Counted from the first letter of the stretch, positions 10,481 to 21,737 are shown. The stretch is DNA of 64,000 bases from an uncultured Aliarcobacter sp. (GCA_963664305.2 CAXXLV010000002.1:1056001-1120000), one strand, 5' to 3'. Numbers and translations: made by a program. Notes: a model not told the origin generated them from the sequence alone.

Positions 10481-11539
10481 TTGGGAACTATAACTTTTTT
10501 ACTTGTTTTATCATTTTTAGTATTTTTCCATGAACTTGGCCACTTTTTGGCAGCTCGTTATTTTGGAGTAAAAGTTCATGTATTTTCAATAGGTTTTGGG
10601 AAACAACTTTATTCAAAAGATTGGAAAGGTACAACTTGGCAATTTGCCCTAATTCCACTTGGTGGATATGTAAAAATGAAAGGACAAGATGATTCAAATC
10701 CAGCTTTAAAAGAAGATGGTGATGATTCATATAATACAAAAAAACCTTGGCAAAGAATTATAATTTTATTTGCTGGACCTTTTGCAAACTTTATTCTTGC
10801 TGCTGTTTTATATTTTACTATTGCATTAATGGGAGCTACAACTTGGGCTGCACAAGTAGGAACTGTTCAAGAAAATTCACCTGCTTTTCATGCAGGAATT
10901 CTTCCAAATGATGAAATTCTTAGAATTAATGACACTGAAATAACTTCTTGGGATGAAATTGGTAAAACTATTATCAATACAGAAGGAGCTTTAAAATTCT
11001 TCATAAAAAGAGATGGAGAGATTATTGCTAAAACAATAAATCCAAGAATTTCTGATAGTGAGAATATGTTTAAAGAAAAAATCAAAAAAAGAATGATAGG
11101 TATTTCTCCTTCTGGAAAAGTTATTACTTTAGAGCTTACATTTTCTCAAGCTTTAGTTTATGCTTATGAAAAAACTCTTTTTGCATCAACAATGATTTTT
11201 CAAGGTGTACAAAAATTGATTTCAGGTGTGGTTCCAACAAGTGAAGTTGGTGGAGTAATTTCAATTGGAAAAGTAATTTCAGATGCAAGTGAATCATCAA
11301 TCATAGCACTATTTGCAATTACAGCTTTAATTTCCGTAAATCTTGGTGTATTAAATCTTCTTCCAATTCCAGCACTTGATGGTGGACATATAATGTTTAA
11401 TCTATATGAGATGATTACTAGAAGAAAACCAAGTGATCAAGTTTTTATGTTTTTAACTATAATGGGATGGGTTATTTTAGGAAGTTTAATGCTTCTTGGA
11501 ATTTATAATGATATAAATAGAATTTTTTTAAATGACTAA
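10481..11539 (+). CDS. rseP: RIP metalloprotease RseP (M50, PDZ)
   Basis: HELGH, FSIGFG, PLGGYVKM, AGPFAN, NLLPIPALDGG. Confidence 0.96.
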   Translation: MGTITFLLVLSFLVFFHELGHFLAARYFGVKVHVFSIGFGKQLYSKDWKGTTWQFALIPLGGYVKMKGQDDSNPALKEDGDDSYNTKKPWQRIIILFAGPFANFILAAVLYFTIALMGATTWAAQVGTVQENSPAFHAGILPNDEILRINDTEITSWDEIGKTIINTEGALKFFIKRDGEIIAKTINPRISDSENMFKEKIKKRMIGISPSGKVITLELTFSQALVYAYEKTLFASTMIFQGVQKLISGVVPTSEVGGVISIGKVISDASESSIIALFAITALISVNLGVLNLLPIPALDGGHIMFNLYEMITRRKPSDQVFMFLTIMGWVILGSLMLLGIYNDINRIFLND

Positions 11540-11550
11540 AAGAGATTAAA

Positions 11551-12228
11551 ATGAATAAAGAAACAGCAACAAAAAATTTAGATAATGTTATAACAAAAGT
11601 TGAAGGTGCGAGACTTAGAATTTCAGAGCATCATATAGTTAAAATTATTGGTATTTCAAAATATTCAACAAGCCAAGATATAAAAACTCTTTACGAAGCA
11701 GGACAAAGAGCTTTTGGAGAAAATAAAGTACAAGATTTAAAAACTAAAAGTGAAGAACTTGAAGACTTACCAATTGAATGGCACTTTGTAGGAACTTTAC
11801 AAAAAAATAAAATCAATAACTTAATCGACTTAAATCCAACACTTATTCACTCTTTAGACTCTTTAGATTTAGCAATTGAATTAAATAAAAAGCTTGAAGC
11901 AAAAAATAAAAAACTTTCTGCTCTACTTCAAATAAATTCAGCTTATGAAGATACAAAATCAGGGGTAATGCCTGAAGTTGCAATTGAAGTTTACAAACAA
12001 ATAATTGAGCTTTGTCCAAATATCATTTTAAAAGGTGTTATGAGCATAGGTGCACATACAGATGATGAAAAAATTATCAAAGAATCTTTTAAAACTACAA
12101 AAAAAATTTATGATGAATTAGTTCCATTTGGAGCAAAATATTGTTCAATGGGAATGAGTTCTGATTTTGAACTTGCAATTGCATGTGGTTCAAATATGAT
12201 AAGAGTTGGTTCAACACTTTTTAAATAA
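11551..12228 (+). CDS. yggS: PLP homeostasis protein YggS/PROSC
   Basis: FGENKVQ, WHFVGTLQKNK, SMGMSSDFELAIACGSNMIRVGS. Confidence 0.95.
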   Translation: MNKETATKNLDNVITKVEGARLRISEHHIVKIIGISKYSTSQDIKTLYEAGQRAFGENKVQDLKTKSEELEDLPIEWHFVGTLQKNKINNLIDLNPTLIHSLDSLDLAIELNKKLEAKNKKLSALLQINSAYEDTKSGVMPEVAIEVYKQIIELCPNIILKGVMSIGAHTDDEKIIKESFKTTKKIYDELVPFGAKYCSMGMSSDFELAIACGSNMIRVGSTLFK

Positions 12229-12388
12229 AAATAACTCTTTTCCTAACCTAAATAATATAATAAATAAAAAGACTTATAAATAACTTTTTATTTTATAAAT
12301 TCTCTTCTTAATGCCCTATTTCTCGCATTTATTGTAATTAATATTGTTATATAATTTTTAATACATTAAAAAAGGGAAAAGGGTTTTA

Positions 12389-13789
12389 ATGCTAGTTAAT
12401 CTCGAAACGAAAAAAAGAATATTTCTTAACATGCTGTTAAGTCAATTAGGATTTGCAATAATTAGTGTCGTTGCAATATTCAGTAACTCAAAAATTATTG
12501 CAATTATAACTGTAAATATTGTATTTGCCATGATTATTGCTTATGTAAATTTTTATTCTATGAAAAGAATTGTTGGAGGAATAGATAGAATAAAAAAATA
12601 TATTGATGATTTGATGGATTTTGCTTTTTACAGAACAAACCGAATAAGAAAAGCTCAATATATAAAAAATGATGATATTGGTTTCATACTAAGAGAGTTA
12701 AACCAATATGTAGATAAATTTGATGATATGAGAAAAAATGATATGCATGTATTAGGAGAGGTAGTTATTGCATTAAATAAGGTTTCTCAAGGAATTTATA
12801 CAACAAAAATTCATACTGATTCTAATAATTTCATGATTACAACTTTGAAAAAAATAGTTAATGACATGCTTACAACTACAAATGCAAATATGGAAGAACT
12901 TGTAAATATTATGGATAAATTTACCCATCAAGATTATCGTCATCAAATGAACATAAATCCTATTTTAAAAGGGAAAATGCTCATAACGATGCAACAAATC
13001 AATATATTAGGTAAAGAGTTAAATGATAATGCAAAACAAAATTTGGAAAATGGTTCTCTTTTAGAAAAAAATTCTATTTATATGCAAAAATCGATGAAAC
13101 ATCTTGCCCTTAGAGCAAATGAACAAGCAGCTTCTTTAGAACAAACTGCTGCAGCACTAGAAGAAATAACATCAATTACAAAAAACAATACCATAAATGC
13201 TACAAAAATGTCTGAATTAAGTAAAGATTTAAAAGATTCAGTAACAACAGGTGGAACACTTGCAAATAAAACTGCTTTAGCTATGGATGAAATCAACCAA
13301 AAAGTTCAAGCTATTAGTGAAGCAATAACTATTATTGATCAAATTGCATTTCAAACAAATATTTTATCTTTAAATGCAGCTGTTGAAGCAGCAACTGCAG
13401 GTGAAGCAGGACGTGGATTTGCTGTTGTTGCTGCTGAAGTAAGAAATTTAGCAAGTAGAAGTGCAGAAGCAGCTAGAGAGATAAAAGATTTAGTTGAAAA
13501 CGCAACAACAAAAACTCATGAAGGAAGAGAGATATCAAATGAGATGAGTAATGGTTACAACAATCTAAATCAACTCATTTCTCAAACAATAAATATAATA
13601 CAAGATGTAAGTTCAGCATCGAAAGAACAACTAACAGGAATTGAACAAATAAATAATGCAATATCAATGTTAGATAAAGTAACTCAAGAAAATGCCAATG
13701 AATCAAATAGTGTTTCAAATATTGCAAATGAAACTCTTTCTATGGCTCTATTATTAGTTGAAGACGCAAAAAGCAAAAAAGTAAATTAA
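12389..13789 (+). CDS. Methyl-accepting chemotaxis protein without periplasmic sensor (CetA-like)
   Basis: Two adjacent N-terminal TM helices, then signalling domain [33 protein letters not shown]. Confidence 0.9.
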   Translation: MLVNLETKKRIFLNMLLSQLGFAIISVVAIFSNSKIIAIITVNIVFAMIIAYVNFYSMKRIVGGIDRIKKYIDDLMDFAFYRTNRIRKAQYIKNDDIGFILRELNQYVDKFDDMRKNDMHVLGEVVIALNKVSQGIYTTKIHTDSNNFMITTLKKIVNDMLTTTNANMEELVNIMDKFTHQDYRHQMNINPILKGKMLITMQQINILGKELNDNAKQNLENGSLLEKNSIYMQKSMKHLALRANEQAASLEQTAAALEEITSITKNNTINATKMSELSKDLKDSVTTGGTLANKTALAMDEINQKVQAISEAITIIDQIAFQTNILSLNAAVEAATAGEAGRGFAVVAAEVRNLASRSAEAAREIKDLVENATTKTHEGREISNEMSNGYNNLNQLISQTINIIQDVSSASKEQLTGIEQINNAISMLDKVTQENANESNSVSNIANETLSMALLLVEDAKSKKVN

Positions 13790-13798
13790 GGGAAAACA

Positions 13799-14194
13799 AT
13801 GAGTAAAGAAATAGTTTTAGATGATTCTGCTTTTTTAGTAAGTGAAACAGATGAACGGGGTATTATTATTTTTGCAAATGACGATTTTTGTAAGATTGCA
13901 GAATATGGAGTTGATGAATTAATTGGTAAACCACATAATATTGTAAGACATAAAGATATGCCAAAAGCTGCATTCAAAGATTTATGGGATTGTGTAAAAC
14001 AAGGAAAAGTTTGGACTGGCTATGTAAAAAATGCAACAAAATCTGGAAATTATTATTGGGTTTTTGCAACTGTCTTTCCAACAACGACAAGTGAAGGAAC
14101 TAAAGGTTTTTTATCATGTAGAAGAAAAGCTAGTCAAGAAGAGATAAATGAATCTATTGAGCTATATGAAAGATTAAATAGAAAAGAGATATAA
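13799..14194 (+). CDS. Stand-alone Aer-type PAS sensor (CetB-like)
   Basis: LVSETD..G.I..AN..F, PHNIVRH.DMP, W.G.VKN..K.G.YYWV of FAD-binding Aer PAS domains. Confidence 0.88.
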   Translation: MSKEIVLDDSAFLVSETDERGIIIFANDDFCKIAEYGVDELIGKPHNIVRHKDMPKAAFKDLWDCVKQGKVWTGYVKNATKSGNYYWVFATVFPTTTSEGTKGFLSCRRKASQEEINESIELYERLNRKEI

Positions 14195-14215
14195 ACTTTT
14201 TAGAAAAGAGAAATA

Positions 14216-14428
14216 CTATTTTTTCTCTTTTCTAATATTTGTTATTGTTTTACCACCAATTGCATAATTGTCTGTATTTAGTTCTTCTATAATCACAACT
14301 GCACTTGAAGCACCTCTTCCATTAAAAACTTTTGCAAAAAGTTCTGTTATTCCTTTTGCTAATTCCTCTTTTTGTTCTTTTGTAGCTCCACCATCTTCAT
14401 GGGTCATTTTTACATTTATTACAGGCAT
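14216..14428 (-). CDS. 4-oxalocrotonate tautomerase family protein
   Basis: N-terminal catalytic Pro (MPVINVK), T.EQK..L, VIIEE...NYAIGG; 70 aa. Confidence 0.9.
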   Translation of the reverse strand: MPVINVKMTHEDGGATKEQKEELAKGITELFAKVFNGRGASSAVVIIEELNTDNYAIGGKTITNIRKEKK

Positions 14429-14453
14429 GTTTATTCCTTTAATTTTTCAGTTA

Positions 14454-14476
14454 TAATATCACTAAAAGTGATATTA
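14454..14476. promoter_or_regulatory. Putative LysR recognition site
   Basis: Perfect 10-3-10 palindrome TAATATCACT-AAA-AGTGATATTA containing T-N11-A, between divergent tautomerase and LysR genes. Confidence 0.75.
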
Positions 14477-14519
14477 AGTCAAATATAAAATAATGATAAT
14501 TGATATAAGGAAAAGTGAT

Positions 14520-15347
14520 ATGGATTCAAATTTGTTAAAAGTTTTTGTTGAAGTTGCAAATGAAAAAAGTATTTCAAAAGCAGCAATAAATCTCCAATTC
14601 GCACAATCAAATGTTACTTCAAGAATAAAACAATTAGAAAAATCTATTGGAAGTAGCCTATTTCATAGAGTACCTAAAGGTGTAATTTTAAGTCAAGAAG
14701 GTGAAAGACTATATCCATATGCACTTGAAATAATAAAAAAAATTGAACTTGCAAATTACGAAATGAAAAATATAAATCAACAAAAACATTTATTAATTGG
14801 TTCAACTGAATCAAATGCAAGTACAAGAATTGTCCCTTTTTTATTAGAACTAAATAAAGATTTTCCTAATATGACTTTAGAATTAATCACAAATACAACA
14901 AAAGAAATTACAAAAAAAATTCTTGATTATAAACTTGACATAGCATTTATTAGTGGTCTTCCAAAAAATGATGAACTAATGATTTTAAATAAGATTGAAG
15001 AAACAATTGTTTTAGTGGAACCAAAAAATATCAAAGCTCAAAACATTTATTTATCATTTAAAAATGGATGTGCTTATAATGAATTTGGCCAAACTTATTT
15101 AAAAGAAATTACAAATCATGAACACAAAAATCTAGAATTTGGAAATTATGAAACTATTTTAGGTTGTATAAAAGCTGGTATGGGAAAAAGTATCTTACCA
15201 CTTAGTATTATTAAAAAATTAAATTATGAAAAAGATTTAGAAATTACAAAATTGTCAAAAAAGATTGTAAATCTTCCAACATGTATGGTTTGTAGAAAAG
15301 ATAATTTACCTAGAATAAAAAATTATTTAGAAAATTTTAAATTCTAG
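14520..15347 (+). CDS. LysR family transcriptional regulator
   Basis: SISKAA..L..AQSNVTSRIKQLE...LFHR HTH; start placed at ATG 14520 behind AAGG. Confidence 0.95.
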   Translation: MDSNLLKVFVEVANEKSISKAAINLQFAQSNVTSRIKQLEKSIGSSLFHRVPKGVILSQEGERLYPYALEIIKKIELANYEMKNINQQKHLLIGSTESNASTRIVPFLLELNKDFPNMTLELITNTTKEITKKILDYKLDIAFISGLPKNDELMILNKIEETIVLVEPKNIKAQNIYLSFKNGCAYNEFGQTYLKEITNHEHKNLEFGNYETILGCIKAGMGKSILPLSIIKKLNYEKDLEITKLSKKIVNLPTCMVCRKDNLPRIKNYLENFKF

Positions 15348-15359
15348 GATTTAAGTTTT

Positions 15360-16151
15360 TTAATTTAAAGCGTTTTTGAATTTTTTTAATTCTTCTTCAA
15401 TTGATGGAACTCTCATAAAATGTTCACCAATTAAAAATGCATCTGCTCCAATAGAGTTTAATCTTTTGATAACTTCAGTATCAGAAACTCCTGATTCTGC
15501 AACTATAATTTTTCCATTTGGAATAAGAGGAATTAATTTATCGCATAAACTCATATCCATTTCAAATGTATCTAAATTTCTATGATTTATTCCAATAATT
15601 GTTGCTCCACATTTAATAGCTTTTGTTAAATCCTCTTTATCATGAATTTCAACTAAAACTTCAAGTCCTAAATGAATAGCATAATCATATAACTCTTTTA
15701 ACTCTTTAGTTCCTAAAGCTTTTGCAATTAGTAAAATAAAATCAGCTCCATAAACTAAAGCTTCAACAATTTGATATTTATCAACGATAAAATCTTTTCT
15801 AAGAAGTGGAGTTGGAACATATCTTCTAATTTGAGTTAAATACTCTAAATTTCCTTTAAAATAATGAGGTTCAGTTAAAACTGAAATTGCATTTGCTCCA
15901 CTATTACTATAAGCTTGTGCTATAACTAAAGGGTCAAAATCCTCTTTTATGATTCCTTTACTTGGACTTGCTTTTTTAACTTCTGCAATAATTCTAATTG
16001 GTTCATCTTTTGTTGATGTTAAATATGGTTTTACATCTCTTGGCGTATATGGATTTGAAGATAAAGTTCTTCCTAATAAATCTAAACTTATCTCTTTTTT
16101 TCTAATCTCTAAATCTTGTTTCGTTTTTTCTATAATCTCATCTAAAATCAC
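15360..16151 (-). CDS. trpC: Indole-3-glycerol phosphate synthase
   Basis: [42 protein letters not shown] start overlapping upstream stop (GTGA). Confidence 0.96.
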   Translation of the reverse strand: MILDEIIEKTKQDLEIRKKEISLDLLGRTLSSNPYTPRDVKPYLTSTKDEPIRIIAEVKKASPSKGIIKEDFDPLVIAQAYSNSGANAISVLTEPHYFKGNLEYLTQIRRYVPTPLLRKDFIVDKYQIVEALVYGADFILLIAKALGTKELKELYDYAIHLGLEVLVEIHDKEDLTKAIKCGATIIGINHRNLDTFEMDMSLCDKLIPLIPNGKIIVAESGVSDTEVIKRLNSIGADAFLIGEHFMRVPSIEEELKKFKNALN

Positions 16152-17464
16152 TCTTTGCACTCCTTAATTTTTTCCCAATGTAATTTTATCTCTTCATCAT
16201 CTAAACCTACTTCATCAACAACTTGTTTCATATATTTATAGGCTTCTTTACAATTTTTTACTTTATATTCACCCCAAGCTAAGGTATCTAAAAACGCCAC
16301 ATTTGAAGGGTCTTTTTCTAAAGCTTTTTTAACTAAATATATTCCTCTATTAAGATTCAAATCAAAATCTATTAGAATATATGCTAAATAGTTTTCATAA
16401 ATTGGATTATCTAAAGTTTCTAAAACTTTTTCAAATTTATTTATTACATCATTTAGAATTACTTTTTTATCTTTTGCCATTTCAAATTCTAAAATCGCTT
16501 GTTGAGCTAAAAAGTCCATATTATTAGAATTTTTATATAACTTATTTAATAAATTATAAGCTTTTTGTGATTGATTTGTCATTCTATATAAATTTAATAA
16601 AATTTCATCCTCTTCACCATTTTGTTCCCAAAAATCAATAACAGCTTTTACATCATTATTTACTACATATTTTAAAAATAGCGCTTTTGTTTTATTCAAT
16701 AACAATTGATTGTCATTTTGTTTGTAATATGAATACATATTTTTTAAAAATGAAACTAATCTATCTTGTGCTTTAATATTCTCATAAAAAGCTAATAATT
16801 GTAAAGATACATTGAAGTTATAGTCATTTTTATGAATATAATCTTCAAGTTTTCTAATTGCTTCTTCTTTCTGATTTAAATTCACAAATTGAATATTCGT
16901 CAAAGTTAATAAAGTATTACTTGCACCATTTAATAAAAAAGCATTATTAAAAGCTTCATAAGATTTCAAATATTGTTTATCTTCAAGATATATACTTCCT
17001 AATAACTCATAATTTACTGCACTTTTATATGAAGATATTAATTTTTCTGCATTTAGAATAGCTTCTTCATTTTCTTGAAGTTTTAATAATGAATATGCAT
17101 ATAATCTTAAGATAACTTCTTCTTCTTTTATATTTTCAAGCATATATTTTGAAGCATTCTCTTTAACTAAACTGTACTCTTTTAACTGAGTTGTAATCGT
17201 TAAATATTTAACTAAATATTCATAATTATTAGTATTTTCAAATAATTTTAGATATATATCTCTTGCATTAAAATACATTCTTTGATTTTCAGTTTCTAAA
17301 GCATACATAATATAGAAATCTTCTAAATCAAAAGATTTTGTTTTTACTGTTTTAAAATTAGTTTTTTTTACTTCTTTATTCTCTAAATTTACATCTTTTG
17401 TACTACATGCACCAAAAATTAATATTAAAGAACAAATAACTAAAGATTTTTTATAGCTGGACAC
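16148..17464 (-). CDS. TPR-repeat lipoprotein
   Basis: Lipobox IFGAC; C-terminal NYLAY...[18 protein letters not shown] pattern. Confidence 0.75.
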   Translation of the reverse strand: MSSYKKSLVICSLILIFGACSTKDVNLENKEVKKTNFKTVKTKSFDLEDFYIMYALETENQRMYFNARDIYLKLFENTNNYEYLVKYLTITTQLKEYSLVKENASKYMLENIKEEEVILRLYAYSLLKLQENEEAILNAEKLISSYKSAVNYELLGSIYLEDKQYLKSYEAFNNAFLLNGASNTLLTLTNIQFVNLNQKEEAIRKLEDYIHKNDYNFNVSLQLLAFYENIKAQDRLVSFLKNMYSYYKQNDNQLLLNKTKALFLKYVVNNDVKAVIDFWEQNGEEDEILLNLYRMTNQSQKAYNLLNKLYKNSNNMDFLAQQAILEFEMAKDKKVILNDVINKFEKVLETLDNPIYENYLAYILIDFDLNLNRGIYLVKKALEKDPSNVAFLDTLAWGEYKVKNCKEAYKYMKQVVDEVGLDDEEIKLHWEKIKECKE

Positions 17465-17823
17465 TCTTTATAAACCTCTTCTTCATTTTCTTTAAAATAG
17501 TCCCAAAAAGGGAAAGTTCTACATTGCATCGGTCTTACGGGATAAATTGAACACTGTTTTTTTTCTAAATTGAAAAAACAGCAAGCAAAATTATTTGAAG
17601 CTAATTTTACCTCTTTTATGCTATATTTATATCCAATTTTTGTTAAATATCTAAATTTTGTTTCTTCTAATGATAAATTCAAATGAAAAGCTAAAGCTTG
17701 CATCTCTTGAGCATTAATCCAAATATACCCGCTTTCACCGATACAACAATTTCCATTACATGTGTCACAACCTTTTGGATCAAATGCAAAATTAAAACCA
17801 TCTTTTTTTAATAAATCACTCAA
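17440..17823 (-). CDS. YkgJ/UPF0153 cysteine-cluster (Fe-S/Zn chelating) protein
   Basis: CDTCNGNCC...CCFF...CSIYPVRPMQCRTFPFW...CP. Confidence 0.88.
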   Translation of the reverse strand: MSDLLKKDGFNFAFDPKGCDTCNGNCCIGESGYIWINAQEMQALAFHLNLSLEETKFRYLTKIGYKYSIKEVKLASNNFACCFFNLEKKQCSIYPVRPMQCRTFPFWDYFKENEEEVYKECPAIKNL

Positions 17824-18532
17824 TATCTGCCTTTATACTATATGTAGAAGATTTTTTATATATATTTTCAACTTCATTTGTAAATTTATTATCGTCATCA
17901 AAAACAATTAATGGATTAAATATTTTTGTTAAAGATTTAGAATTTTTTCTTGCATAAATCAAAATAAGTGTTGCATCTTTTGATACTTTTGGATGAACAA
18001 ATTGTAAAGCTTCAATATTAAATTTATATTTATTTAATAACAATAATATTTCATTTATTTGTTTACAATCATAACAAAAGAAAAACTTTCCATCACTTTT
18101 TAATACTTCTGAAGTTTTTTTAATAAATTTTTCTAAAGGTAATGAATCATTATATCTTGCAATTTTTAAAGATTCATTTTCACTTTTTATAACTTCACAA
18201 TGATAAAAGGGAGGATTTGAAACACATATATCAAATTTTTTGTCAAACTCAATTAAATCAAATGAACCAGAATACAATTTTGTATTAATTTTATTTGTTA
18301 AAGCATTTTTTGTTGAGAAAAATTGAAACATATTTTGAATTTCACATTGATTTAAATTCAATTTTTTATATTCATTTGAAACTAATAAACCAAGAATTCC
18401 ACTTCCACTTCCAATATCTAAAATTTCACCTTTAATATTTTTATACTTTTTGAAATTTTCACAAATAAAATGAAATAAAAAATGTGTATCGCTATTATAA
18501 CAATATCCATTTTTGGGTTGATATAAAACCAA
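17816..18532 (-). CDS. tRNA1(Val) A37 N6-methyltransferase (TrmN6/YfiC-like)
   Basis: YQP..GY.YNSD, LDIGSGSG SAM motif, SNPPF, IARY. Confidence 0.8.
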   Translation of the reverse strand: MVLYQPKNGYCYNSDTHFLFHFICENFKKYKNIKGEILDIGSGSGILGLLVSNEYKKLNLNQCEIQNMFQFFSTKNALTNKINTKLYSGSFDLIEFDKKFDICVSNPPFYHCEVIKSENESLKIARYNDSLPLEKFIKKTSEVLKSDGKFFFCYDCKQINEILLLLNKYKFNIEALQFVHPKVSKDATLILIYARKNSKSLTKIFNPLIVFDDDNKFTNEVENIYKKSSTYSIKADIE

Positions 18533-18829
18533 AAATCTTCCTTACCTAATTTATTATTATTATATCTAAGTTTCATAAATATGTCTTTTAAACCAAATAT
18601 TAATTAAGTCTTTCAATACATAATTAAATCTAAAAATTAAGCTTAATTATAGTTTATAAATTCAATTATAATCAAGCAATTTTTTTCTTGTAGCAAAATG
18701 TAACAAGACTGAAATTCACTTAAGAAAATCATAAATTTTATTTATCTTTGGAATGTTTATTGCTATCATTCAAGGATAATATATTGAGTTTGTTCAAGTA
18801 TTGATTTTAAAATAATTTAAGGAGAGATT

Positions 18830-19153
18830 ATGTCTAATATGGAAGCTCCTGCAAATACTCCTGTATGGGTAAATGAGGCTAGATGTAAGGCATGTGATAA
18901 GTGCGTTTCTGTTTGTCCTGCTGGCGTACTTGCAATGAGACAAGAAGTTCATTCTACTTTAGGTTCAATGATTAAAGTTGTTCATCCTGAATCATGTATT
19001 GGTTGTACAGACTGCGAGTTAGCATGTCCTGATTTTGCAATTTATGTTGCTGATAAAAAAGAGTACAAATTTGCAAAATTATCAAGTGATGCAAAAGAAA
19101 GAAAAGAAAAAATAGTTAAAAATAACTATAGAATATTAGATGAAGATTTGTAA
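18830..19153 (+). CDS. oorD: 2-oxoglutarate:acceptor oxidoreductase ferredoxin (delta) subunit
   Basis: Two [4Fe-4S] motifs CKACDKC...CP and CIGCTDC...CPDFAI; first gene of oor operon. Confidence 0.92.
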   Translation: MSNMEAPANTPVWVNEARCKACDKCVSVCPAGVLAMRQEVHSTLGSMIKVVHPESCIGCTDCELACPDFAIYVADKKEYKFAKLSSDAKERKEKIVKNNYRILDEDL

Positions 19154-19162
19154 GGAGAATTG

Positions 19163-20293
19163 ATGTCAAGAGAAGTAATTTCAACAGGAAATGAATTAGC
19201 TGCAAGAGCAGCAATTGATTCAGGTTGTGAGTTTTTTGGTGGTTATCCAATTACTCCTTCAAGTGAAATAATGCACGTACTTTCTTCTGCATTACCAGCA
19301 AGAGGTGGGGTTTCTATCCAAATGGAAGATGAAATTTCTGGAATTTGTACTGCATTAGGTGCTGCAATGTCAGGTAAAAGAGCTATGACTGCAACATCAG
19401 GACCTGGTATCTCTTTAAAAGCAGAAAACTTAGGAGTTGGATATATTTCTGAAGTTCCTTTAGTTGTTGTAAACGTTATGAGAGGTGGTCCATCAACTGG
19501 TCTTCCTACAAGAGTTGCACAAGGTGATATTTTACAAGCTAAAAATCCAACTCATGGTGATGTTAAATCAATTACTTTAGTTCCTGGAAATTTAAGTGAG
19601 TGTTATACTGAAGTTGTAAGAGCATTTAACTTAGCAGATAGATTTATGCAACCAGTATTTGTTTTATTAGATGAAACTATTGGGCATATGAGTGGAAAAG
19701 CTACTCTTCCTGAATTAGAAGAAGTTGAAAAAAACAAAATTGTAAGAAAAAGATTTGATGGTGACAAAAAAGACTATAAACCTTATGGAGTTGGAGCTGA
19801 TGAACCAGCTGTATTAAATCCAATGTTTGAAGGTTATAGATACCACTTTACTGGACTTCATCATGGACCAACAGGACATCCAACTGAAGATGCTGAAATG
19901 TGTGATGCTTTAATGAAAAGATTATTCAAAAAAGTAGATGCTCACTTAGATGAATTAGAATTAAATGAAGAATATATGTTAGATGACGCTGAGATTATGA
20001 TTATTGCTTATGGTTCTGTTTCTTTAGGTGTTACAGAAGCTATTAATAGATTAAGAAAAGAAGGTATCAAAGTTGGTATGTTCAGACCATTAACTATTTG
20101 GCCAAGTCCAGCAAAAAGAATCAATGAATTAATGAAAAAATTTGACAAAGTATTAGTTGCTGAGTTAAATATGGGTCAATTTGTTGAAGAAGTACAAAGA
20201 GTATCTGGAAGATCTGATTTTGATACTTTATTCAAAGCAAATGGTAGACCTTTATCTCCACTAGAAATTATTGAAAAAGTGAAAGGAATGTAA
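19163..20293 (+). CDS. oorA: 2-oxoglutarate:acceptor oxidoreductase alpha subunit
   Basis: GYPITPSSE, QMEDE, TSGPG.SL, RGGPSTGLPT. Confidence 0.94.
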   Translation: MSREVISTGNELAARAAIDSGCEFFGGYPITPSSEIMHVLSSALPARGGVSIQMEDEISGICTALGAAMSGKRAMTATSGPGISLKAENLGVGYISEVPLVVVNVMRGGPSTGLPTRVAQGDILQAKNPTHGDVKSITLVPGNLSECYTEVVRAFNLADRFMQPVFVLLDETIGHMSGKATLPELEEVEKNKIVRKRFDGDKKDYKPYGVGADEPAVLNPMFEGYRYHFTGLHHGPTGHPTEDAEMCDALMKRLFKKVDAHLDELELNEEYMLDDAEIMIIAYGSVSLGVTEAINRLRKEGIKVGMFRPLTIWPSPAKRINELMKKFDKVLVAELNMGQFVEEVQRVSGRSDFDTLFKANGRPLSPLEIIEKVKGM

Positions 20294-20295
20294 TC

Positions 20296-21129
20296 ATGGC
20301 TTTTAATTACGATGAATATTTAAGAACAGACAAAATGCCAACATTATGGTGTTGGGGATGTGGTGATGGAGTTATTTTAAAAGCTGTTATTAGAGCCATT
20401 GAAAAACTTGAATGGAATATGGATGATGTTTGTGTTGTTTCTGGAATTGGTTGTTCTGGAAGATTTTCTTCATACATTAACTGTAATACAGTTCACACAA
20501 CTCACGGAAGAACTTTAGCTTATGCAACTGGAATTAAATTAGCAAATCCAGATAAAAAAGTTATTGTTGTTGGTGGAGATGGTGATGGTCTTGCAATCGG
20601 TGGAAATCACACAATTCATGCATCAAGAAGAAATATTGACTTAAATTATATTATTATCAATAACTTTATTTATGGATTAACAAACTCTCAAACAAGTCCT
20701 ACAACTCCTCAAGGAATGTGGACAGTAACAATGAGTAGAGGAAATATTGACCCTACTTTTGATGCTTGTAAACTAGTTGAAGCTGCAGGTGCTTCATTTG
20801 TTGCAAGAGAAACAATGCTTGACCCTAAAAAATTAGAAAAAACTCTAGTTAAAGCTTTTGAACATAAAGGTTTCTCTTTTGTTGAAGTATTCTCTAACTG
20901 TCACGTAAACTTAGGAAGAAAAAATAAAATGGCTACTGCTATGGCTAACTTAGAGTGGATTGATTCTATTTCTATGTCAAAAACTAAGTTTGATAAATTA
21001 GAGCCAGAAGAGCAAAAAGGTATCTTCCCAACTGGTATTTTAAAACAAGATACAGAAGCTATGGAATATTGTGAAGCTTACGAAAAAGTTAAAGAAGCTC
21101 AAAAAAATAAAACTATGGTTCAATTATAA
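20296..21129 (+). CDS. oorB: 2-oxoglutarate:acceptor oxidoreductase beta subunit
   Basis: WCWGCGDG, SGIGCS, HTTHGR, TPP motif GDGD...NN. Confidence 0.94.
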   Translation: MAFNYDEYLRTDKMPTLWCWGCGDGVILKAVIRAIEKLEWNMDDVCVVSGIGCSGRFSSYINCNTVHTTHGRTLAYATGIKLANPDKKVIVVGGDGDGLAIGGNHTIHASRRNIDLNYIIINNFIYGLTNSQTSPTTPQGMWTVTMSRGNIDPTFDACKLVEAAGASFVARETMLDPKKLEKTLVKAFEHKGFSFVEVFSNCHVNLGRKNKMATAMANLEWIDSISMSKTKFDKLEPEEQKGIFPTGILKQDTEAMEYCEAYEKVKEAQKNKTMVQL

Positions 21130-21138
21130 GGAGTACAC

Positions 21139-21708
21139 ATGTCAGCAAATAGAACTTTAATGAGATTTACAGGTGTTGGTGGACAAGGTGTACTTCTTGC
21201 AGGTGCGATTTTCGCAGCTGCAAAAATCAATAATGGTGGATATGGATTAAAAACAGCTACTTATACTTCTCAAGTAAGAGGTGGACCAACTGTTGTTGAT
21301 ATTACTTTACAAGATGAAGAAATATTATATCCTTATGCAAATGATGGTGAAATTGATTTCATGTTATCAGTTGCTCAAGTTTCTTATAATCAATTCAAAA
21401 ATGGTGTAAAAGAAGGTGGGGTTATCGTTGTTGAACCAAATCTTGTATCACCAACTGAAGAAGATAGAAAAAAATGGAAAATCTATGAGATTCCAATTAT
21501 TACAATTGCGAAAGAAGAAGTTGGTAATGTTATTACTCAATCTGTTTTAGCATTAGCAATGGCTAACTATTTTACAGGTGAAACAGTGCCAAATGATGTA
21601 TTAAGAAAAACAATGCTTTCAAAAGTACCTGAAAAAGTACATGAAATAAACAATAAAGCATTTGATTTAGGTCTTAAATACGCTAAAGAAGCACAAGCAA
21701 ACGCTTAA
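21139..21708 (+). CDS. oorC: 2-oxoglutarate:acceptor oxidoreductase gamma subunit
   Basis: RFTGVGGQG, YTSQVRGG, N.KAF..G. Confidence 0.93.
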   Translation: MSANRTLMRFTGVGGQGVLLAGAIFAAAKINNGGYGLKTATYTSQVRGGPTVVDITLQDEEILYPYANDGEIDFMLSVAQVSYNQFKNGVKEGGVIVVEPNLVSPTEEDRKKWKIYEIPIITIAKEEVGNVITQSVLALAMANYFTGETVPNDVLRKTMLSKVPEKVHEINNKAFDLGLKYAKEAQANA

Positions 21709-21737
21709 TAAAAAGCCCTTGGGGCTTTTTATTTTTT
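21707..21737. terminator. Bidirectional intrinsic terminator
   Basis: AATAAAAAGCCC-TTG-GGGCTTTTTATT between convergent oorC and HD genes, with A/T tails on both sides. Confidence 0.85.
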
